A stretch of 32,000 nt of DNA from Desulfacinum hydrothermale DSM 13146. GTDB lineage: Bacteria > Desulfobacterota > Syntrophobacteria > Syntrophobacterales > DSM-9756. This document shows, in pieces, positions 27,030-32,000 of this stretch; position 1 is the stretch's first letter, and every line of letters begins with the position of its first letter. Below the pieces are notes generated by a model. It worked only from the letters and a program-made list of their open reading frames with translations. It did no database searches and was not told where the DNA came from. The position numbers and the translations under genes were made by a program. The DNA is taken from contig NZ_FWXF01000001.1 in assembly GCF_900176285.1 (NCBI RefSeq), forward strand, positions 73,582 through 105,581, in the 5' to 3' direction.

Positions 27030-29637
27030 GGGAGCCTCCTTTGGGCCTGGAGTCTTCCGGCCCTTCCGACGGTGATTCCAATAGACGCGTGAACCGGTCC
27101 AGGTGCCGTATCACTTCCTGGTCACTGACGAGTTGAACATCCAGCTGGCGGGTATAGGCCACAAGAGCTCCCACCAGCCGCAGCTTTTCCTCCATGGTGG
27201 CACGGGCCCGCTTCTTCATGCGGCCCACCACCAGATCCCCGTGGATCTCCACACGGAATCCCCAGCGGGCCAGCATCTCCGCGATGAATCGGGCGCGCCG
27301 GGCCCTGCGGGTCGAGTCGGTGACGCCGCCCAGAAAACGAAAGTAGATGTAGTTGTCATCGATCCGATCGGTTACATAGGCATCGATGATATTAAAATGA
27401 TACCCGATTCTCAAGTTGACGTTCATGTAGTTGGAAGAAACGACCGCCAAATTGAGCCCCACCTCTTGCAAGGAAGCCCGGTGGGTGTCGAAGGTCCGAC
27501 TCATGCTGGACATGAATGCGCCGAAATCCATGCCCACGGGCGTGCGTTCCCAGAGGTTGGAACCCACCAGTCCGGAAAGAAAAGCCCGCATGGGCACGGA
27601 GACGATATCCTGGAGTTGAAGGGTGCGCTCATGGGGATCGGCCTGCGTGCCTCCCTCCGCATCGATCACCCGGAGGTCCAGGGGGATGGAGGCCTGGAGC
27701 CGCTTGGGTTTGGATCCCGCCAGATGGGGCCCGGCCAGGTTGATGTTGGCCAGTTCCGCCACGGCCCGTTCATGGACGAAGCGCGTGATATCATGGAGGG
27801 TGCGACAACCCTGCGGACTGAACTGCGGACTCTGGGGATCCACCAGATTGAGCGGGGTGATGTGGCGGAGCAGACGTTGCAAAAGTCGGTATTCGTAGGA
27901 TTCTTCAAAGACCTCCCCCTGGGCCAGCTCGTAATAGCAAAGATCCTGGATACGGCCCCGATAGATCACGTTTTCATTGGCGTCCAAGGTGATTTCGTCT
28001 CCGGTGCGAAGATCCCGGGTGGCCGTTCGGGTATTGACCACGGTGGGGACCCGGAATTCCCTGGCCACGGTGGCCATGTGGCCCATGGGGGATCCCACGT
28101 CGGTGATGATCCCCTGCACTTGTCGGATCACCTGAGCCAGCCGCGGGGAACTTTCTCGGGCCACCAAAATGGCGCCGGGGGGAACCCGCTGCAGGTCCTC
28201 ATCGCCTTCCACGACGAACACGCGGCCCGCGGCGATGCCCCGCTGAACCACGTCGCCCCGCCCTGACCACACAACCGGCGTGTCGGCGGCGAGATCGGCC
28301 AGACGGCACGTGTCGGTATCCGTGAAGGGCTTGACGCGCAGCGGCCGGGCCTGAAGGATGACGAGCCGTCCGGAGGTGTCGAAGGCCCATTCCACGTCCT
28401 GAGGCCGTTTGAAATACCGCTCCAGAAGCAGCCCCGTGGAGGCCAACAGGCTGAGCTGAGATGAGTTCAGGCATGCCTTGGTCTGTTCCGGCTCCGGAAC
28501 CTCCACCCACTGCATGCCCCCACCCGGCTTCATGACCAGGGCCTCCTGCTTGTGCACCACGTGCATCTGCAGAAGGGGATGGGGGGGATCCCGGCTCACC
28601 TGGAAGCGATCCACCCGTCGGCTGCCTTCCACCACGGGAGGTCCGAAGCCCCAGGTGGCGGCCACGGTGATCATTTCCGAACGGGGCTCCACCGGGTCCA
28701 GAGTGTAGAGAACGCCACTCACCACGGCATCCACCATGACCTGACAGCCCACGGCCATGGCCCTTTCATGGCTCCGGAAGCCCTTGTCCCGTCGGTACCT
28801 CCAGGCCTCCGGGGAAAAGGTGCTCGCCAGCACCTTACGATAGGCCTGGACGAGCTTCCCTTCGCCGACATTGAGAAAAGACCGGTGCAGGCCCGCAAAA
28901 CTGTGTTCCGTGTCTTCTCCAGGGGCGCTGCTGCGCACGGCGAAAAAGATCTCTTCTCCTCCTCCCGTTCGACGCGCCACGGTTTCGATGCGGTGCTGGA
29001 TCTCGCTGGCAATCGCGTCGGGGATGTGCAGGTTCAGGATCTTCTCCTGCACGTCCCTCAATGCCTGTTCCAGGTCTTTTCCCTCGCGGGGGCCCGTTTC
29101 GTCCAACCGGGCGATCAGATCGTTGATTCCGGCGGCGTCCAGAAGTTCATGGTAGGCTCGGATGGTGATGGCGAAGCCGTCCGGGGTGGGCAGCTCCAGT
29201 ACGTTCCGCACCTCCGTCAGGTTGGCGTTCTTGCCTCCGACCTCCTCCCTCCAGTCCCGATTGCAGTGCTCGTAAAGGATCGTGTACGGGATCTCCTGCA
29301 AGGCCGGCCGCCCGGCCAGGATCTCCTTGATGGTCGCCTTGTTGCGCTCCAGACAGTCGTAGAGATCCATGTACTTCTGATGGCCGAGCGTGTTCAAGTC
29401 GTGAATCATGTGAAAGCACAAATCGATCAGCTTTTCACATGACGAGCGGATGTACTGGCTGTCGAAGACATACTCGCCGCTCAGCTTGTCGCCCATTTCG
29501 GCCATCAGTTCCAGGATCTCGTTGTTCCGGGCCAGGATCGATCGGAAGTACTCCAGTACCTGCGGCAAGGGAAGGGGAGATCTGCGCCGCGTCCAGCGGT
29601 TGAGCACTTGGCGAATCCTGGCCCCCAAAGCTTTCAT
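27022..29637 (-). CDS. PEP synthase/PPDK-like protein (PEP/pyruvate-binding plus swivelling domain, atypical C-terminus)
   Basis: EVGGKNANLTEVRNVLELPTPDGFAIT...FFAVRSSAPGEDTEHSFAGLHRSFLNVG...VVSGVLYTLDPVEPRSEMI...DVEWAFDTSGRLVILQARPL...TDVGSPMGHMATVAREFRVPTVV; start moved to MKALGARIRQ. Confidence 0.85.
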   Translation of the reverse strand: MKALGARIRQVLNRWTRRRSPLPLPQVLEYFRSILARNNEILELMAEMGDKLSGEYVFDSQYIRSSCEKLIDLCFHMIHDLNTLGHQKYMDLYDCLERNKATIKEILAGRPALQEIPYTILYEHCNRDWREEVGGKNANLTEVRNVLELPTPDGFAITIRAYHELLDAAGINDLIARLDETGPREGKDLEQALRDVQEKILNLHIPDAIASEIQHRIETVARRTGGGEEIFFAVRSSAPGEDTEHSFAGLHRSFLNVGEGKLVQAYRKVLASTFSPEAWRYRRDKGFRSHERAMAVGCQVMVDAVVSGVLYTLDPVEPRSEMITVAATWGFGPPVVEGSRRVDRFQVSRDPPHPLLQMHVVHKQEALVMKPGGGMQWVEVPEPEQTKACLNSSQLSLLASTGLLLERYFKRPQDVEWAFDTSGRLVILQARPLRVKPFTDTDTCRLADLAADTPVVWSGRGDVVQRGIAAGRVFVVEGDEDLQRVPPGAILVARESSPRLAQVIRQVQGIITDVGSPMGHMATVAREFRVPTVVNTRTATRDLRTGDEITLDANENVIYRGRIQDLCYYELAQGEVFEESYEYRLLQRLLRHITPLNLVDPQSPQFSPQGCRTLHDITRFVHERAVAELANINLAGPHLAGSKPKRLQASIPLDLRVIDAEGGTQADPHERTLQLQDIVSVPMRAFLSGLVGSNLWERTPVGMDFGAFMSSMSRTFDTHRASLQEVGLNLAVVSSNYMNVNLRIGYHFNIIDAYVTDRIDDNYIYFRFLGGVTDSTRRARRARFIAEMLARWGFRVEIHGDLVVGRMKKRARATMEEKLRLVGALVAYTRQLDVQLVSDQEVIRHLDRFTRLLESPSEGPEDSRPKGGSHG

Positions 29638-29650
29638 GCAAGGCTTCCTT

Positions 29651-30436
29651 TCAGTGGGCTCCTTTTCCGGCGCCGAAGATGAACCCCATGAGGAGACCAC
29701 CGACGATGGCCACCAGCGTGGCCAAGATCCCGTGCCAGAGGGCGTGCTGGAAGGCCATCTTCTTGATGAAGGCCGGGGTGCCCACCAAGCGGGCCCGGAT
29801 GGGTACCGAGGCGGAATCCACGATCCGGCCCTGCGAAACGGCATAGACTTCCAGATGATAGTCGCCCTCACTCAAGCGGGCCGGAATCTGCAGCGAGGCG
29901 CGGAAGGTCCGTGCCCCCTGCTCTTCGGGGCCGTAGGCGATGGACCCCACATTCTGCCGGTAGAGTCCCTCCTTCCTTTTTAGCTTGAGGAGCTCCTGGA
30001 AGAAAAGGTGCTTGTCTTCTCCTTCCGGCTCCATGGACACGCGAGACTCCAGCCCCTCCAGGCCCAGGGTCCAGATGCCGTGAGGATCATTGGCGTCCGC
30101 CTGGCCCAGGGCGTCCCAGGGTTTGGGTAGATAGAGCAGAAAGACGTTGGGAAAGTCGTGGAATTCCAAGGACCCACGGTTCATCCAGAGGCATCCGAGT
30201 ACCTTGCCCTTCTTTTTCAGATGCAGGTCGTCGGGAACGCCCACAAAGCGCACCACCACGTCTTGGTCCACGGCCACCCGCCCTTCCACGTTCAGGGTGG
30301 TGCCGTTGTAGAAGGTTCCGATCTCAAAGGCCTGGGGCTGGATGGAGACCTCCATGGCCTGGGCCGCGCCTAGGCCCCAAAGCGCCCAACAGGCTATCAT
30401 CGCCAGGATCCATTGCATGATCTTGATTCGCCGCAT
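29651..30436 (-). CDS. TIGR02186-like exported/membrane-anchored protein
   Basis: Signal peptide, periplasmic beta-rich region (EVSIQPQAFEIGTFYNGTTLNVEGRV...), C-terminal TM; 1-nt overlap with TauE/SafE gene. Confidence 0.7.
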   Translation of the reverse strand: MRRIKIMQWILAMIACWALWGLGAAQAMEVSIQPQAFEIGTFYNGTTLNVEGRVAVDQDVVVRFVGVPDDLHLKKKGKVLGCLWMNRGSLEFHDFPNVFLLYLPKPWDALGQADANDPHGIWTLGLEGLESRVSMEPEGEDKHLFFQELLKLKRKEGLYRQNVGSIAYGPEEQGARTFRASLQIPARLSEGDYHLEVYAVSQGRIVDSASVPIRARLVGTPAFIKKMAFQHALWHGILATLVAIVGGLLMGFIFGAGKGAH

Positions 30437-31380
30437 CAGTGTCCTCCTGCTTGTGCCACAAGAACGTCGGGGGTGAGCAAAAGGCCGAGCAACATCTTGA
30501 CCATCACCGCCAAGACCAGCACGGCCAGGATGATCTTCAGCTGATCGCCTTTGAGGCGCTTGCTGATCCGAGCGCCCACTTGGGCCCCCACGGTGGATCC
30601 CAAAAGGAGCAGGAATGCCAGCACGAAATCCACGGTGTGATTGCTATAGGATTGCATGATGGTCACATCGATGCACGTGAAGAGGATCTGGAAAAGGCTG
30701 GTTCCCACCACCACGTGCATGGGCATGCGAAGCAGATAAACCATGACGGGCACCATGATGAAGCCGCCTCCCACCCCCATGATCGCCGCCAAAATGCCCA
30801 CCAGGATGCCCAGCAGCAAGGGCATGAGCAACGACATGCGCACGCCCGAGCGCGGAAATTCCGTCTGGAAGGGAAGGGATGCCACGAAACGAGCGTAGGC
30901 GGAAGGCCGGGCCGGGTGGGCCGGGGCCGGCGCCGCTTGGGCCGCGCTGCTGCTGCGCAGGGACCGATAGCTTTCCTGGAACATGTAGACGCCGATGATG
31001 CCCAGCATGAGGACATAGGTGATGCTGATCAAGAAGTCCGCATTGCCCAACTGGCGTAAAATCTTGATGATCTGCACGCCCACCGTGCCGCCGGCAACCC
31101 CCCCCAAGAGCAGCAACAGGCCCATCTTGAAGTCCACGTTGCCCATGCGGAAGTGGGCGATGGTTCCCGACGTGGAGGCGCCCACGATCTGGTTGGAGTC
31201 GGAAGCCGCCGCCACCGTGGGGGGAATGCCGATCATGATGAGCAGGGGGGTCATGAGAAAACCCCCGCCCACGCCGAAGATGCCCGACAACAGCCCCACA
31301 AAGCCTCCCAACCCCAGGATGAGAAGCAGGTTCACGCTGTTTCCCGCAATGGGAAGGTAGAGATGAAAGGGTAGATGCAT
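30436..31380 (-). CDS. TauE/SafE (sulfite/anion exporter) family permease
   Basis: LLILGLGGFVGLLSGIFGVGGGFLMTPLLIMIGIPPTVAAASDSNQIVG...MGVGGGFIMVPVMVYLLRMPMHVVVGTSLFQILF. Confidence 0.9.
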   Translation of the reverse strand: MHLPFHLYLPIAGNSVNLLLILGLGGFVGLLSGIFGVGGGFLMTPLLIMIGIPPTVAAASDSNQIVGASTSGTIAHFRMGNVDFKMGLLLLLGGVAGGTVGVQIIKILRQLGNADFLISITYVLMLGIIGVYMFQESYRSLRSSSAAQAAPAPAHPARPSAYARFVASLPFQTEFPRSGVRMSLLMPLLLGILVGILAAIMGVGGGFIMVPVMVYLLRMPMHVVVGTSLFQILFTCIDVTIMQSYSNHTVDFVLAFLLLLGSTVGAQVGARISKRLKGDQLKIILAVLVLAVMVKMLLGLLLTPDVLVAQAGGH

Positions 31381-31384
31381 GAGA

Positions 31385-31828
31385 TCAGTCCTCCTCCGTT
31401 GGTCCCATCGTCCGTTTGGGGTGAACGATTTCCACGGCGCATCCCAAGCGCGCCCGGATCTTATGGATCCGCATCAACGCCTCATGGTGGTCGCGTCGGT
31501 GCTTGTCCGGGATCCCCACGATCCACAGGGTCACCCGGTATTCGCGACAGAACCTCACAAGTGCCTCTTCATAGCTTCCCTCCGAGATGTGAATGTCCAC
31601 CGATACGCCGTCCGCCCGGGCTCCTTCGATGAGCATCTGCATCCGCTCTGCCACCTCGTCGCCGACCGAAAAAAGGCGGCTCGATGCGCCCGCCGCCCGG
31701 CTTCCCGGTCGCTCCAGGCTGAGTACGTAAAGGCGCGCCCCGATGCGACGCGCCAGGGAGATCCCCCGGGCCAAGGCACCCAATGCCTCCATGCCTTCAT
31801 CGCTGACCGTCACCACGATTCTTTCCAT
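31385..31828 (-). CDS. Universal stress-like protein
   Basis: MERIVVTVSDEGMEALGALARGISLARRIGARLYVLSLER...; start at 31828 gives good SD spacing (GGGAG, 7 nt). Confidence 0.7.
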   Translation of the reverse strand: MERIVVTVSDEGMEALGALARGISLARRIGARLYVLSLERPGSRAAGASSRLFSVGDEVAERMQMLIEGARADGVSVDIHISEGSYEEALVRFCREYRVTLWIVGIPDKHRRDHHEALMRIHKIRARLGCAVEIVHPKRTMGPTEED

Positions 31829-31851
31829 CGTCATCTCCCGCCGGAGAGGAA

Positions 31852-31867
31852 GGCAAGAAGGGTGCCC
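31852..31867 (-). promoter_or_regulatory. Candidate sigma-54 (-24/-12) promoter of the USP-TauE-TIGR02186-PEPS-like-RR operon
   Basis: Reverse strand GGGCACCCTTCTTGCC: GG-N10-GC spacing with CAC and TTGC conserved. Confidence 0.7.
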
Positions 31868-31938
31868 AGCACGTAACATATCGGAAGAAAAGGAAATTAT
31901 CTGATGAATCGGTGGATTTCCGAGGCGGATACCCCCGC

Positions 31939-31957
31939 TTGTTCCAATGTGGAACAA
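31939..31957. promoter_or_regulatory. Candidate activator site, dyad TTGTTCCA-ATG-TGGAACAA
   Basis: Perfect 8-bp arms, 3-nt spacer, about 75-90 bp upstream of the candidate -24 element. Confidence 0.55.
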
Positions 31958-32000
31958 AAAAGGGGAGGAAAGGAAGATGTTTTGTTTCAAATTGGAATGG

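Noticed and set aside
27103-28266. 387-aa plus-strand ORF opposite the PEP-synthase-like gene
   Set aside because: Composition-driven shadow ORF with no recognisable motifs; same for 22168.., 24556.., 28552.. and 16828.. antisense ORFs.
1-32000. Defence system, CRISPR array, prophage or toxin-antitoxin module
   Set aside because: No regularly spaced repeats, cas, restriction, reverse transcriptase, integrase or phage-structural motifs in any frame; content is metabolic and regulatory.

Overview
The window is a high-GC stretch that looks like an anaerobic, sulfate-reducer-type (Desulfobacterota-like) chromosome. The lineage is inferred from gene content only. Main blocks, left to right: (1) anaerobic corrinoid biosynthesis and transport: an ABC ATPase/permease, cbiL and cbiC on the minus strand behind a cobalamin riboswitch, and cbiD-cbiET-cbiF-cbiG-cbiH on the plus strand. 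(2) HDOD protein, RibD/DHFR-like reductase, MsrAB fusion. (3) A clear hgcA-hgcB pair, the mercury-methylation corrinoid protein and its ferredoxin, with the NVWCAAGK cap-helix motif and a vicinal Cys C-terminus, next to an MFS transporter. (4) An ORP (orange protein)-like locus: NifX-like/zinc-ribbon gene, two MinD/ferredoxin ATPases, a sigma-54 activator with a GAFTDA loop, an Mrp-NifX fusion and a NifX-like protein, with candidate -24/-12 promoters and palindromic UAS-like sites. (5) A rubredoxin-like protein, DDAH-like hydrolase, DUF554 membrane protein and threonine synthase. (6) A minus-strand operon of USP, TauE/SafE, TIGR02186-like, PEP-synthase-like and response regulator genes, preceded by a well-spaced sigma-54 promoter and tandem phased dyads. 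A family of diverged intergenic repeats, one copy carrying a perfect 20+1+20 bp palindrome, sits around the cbi and ORP regions. No CRISPR array, rRNA, tRNA or transposase was found. The least-described observations are the hgcA leader architecture, the colinear sigma-54 layout of the ORP locus, the phased dyads at the right edge, and the dispersed repeats. hgcAB and ORP are themselves known systems.
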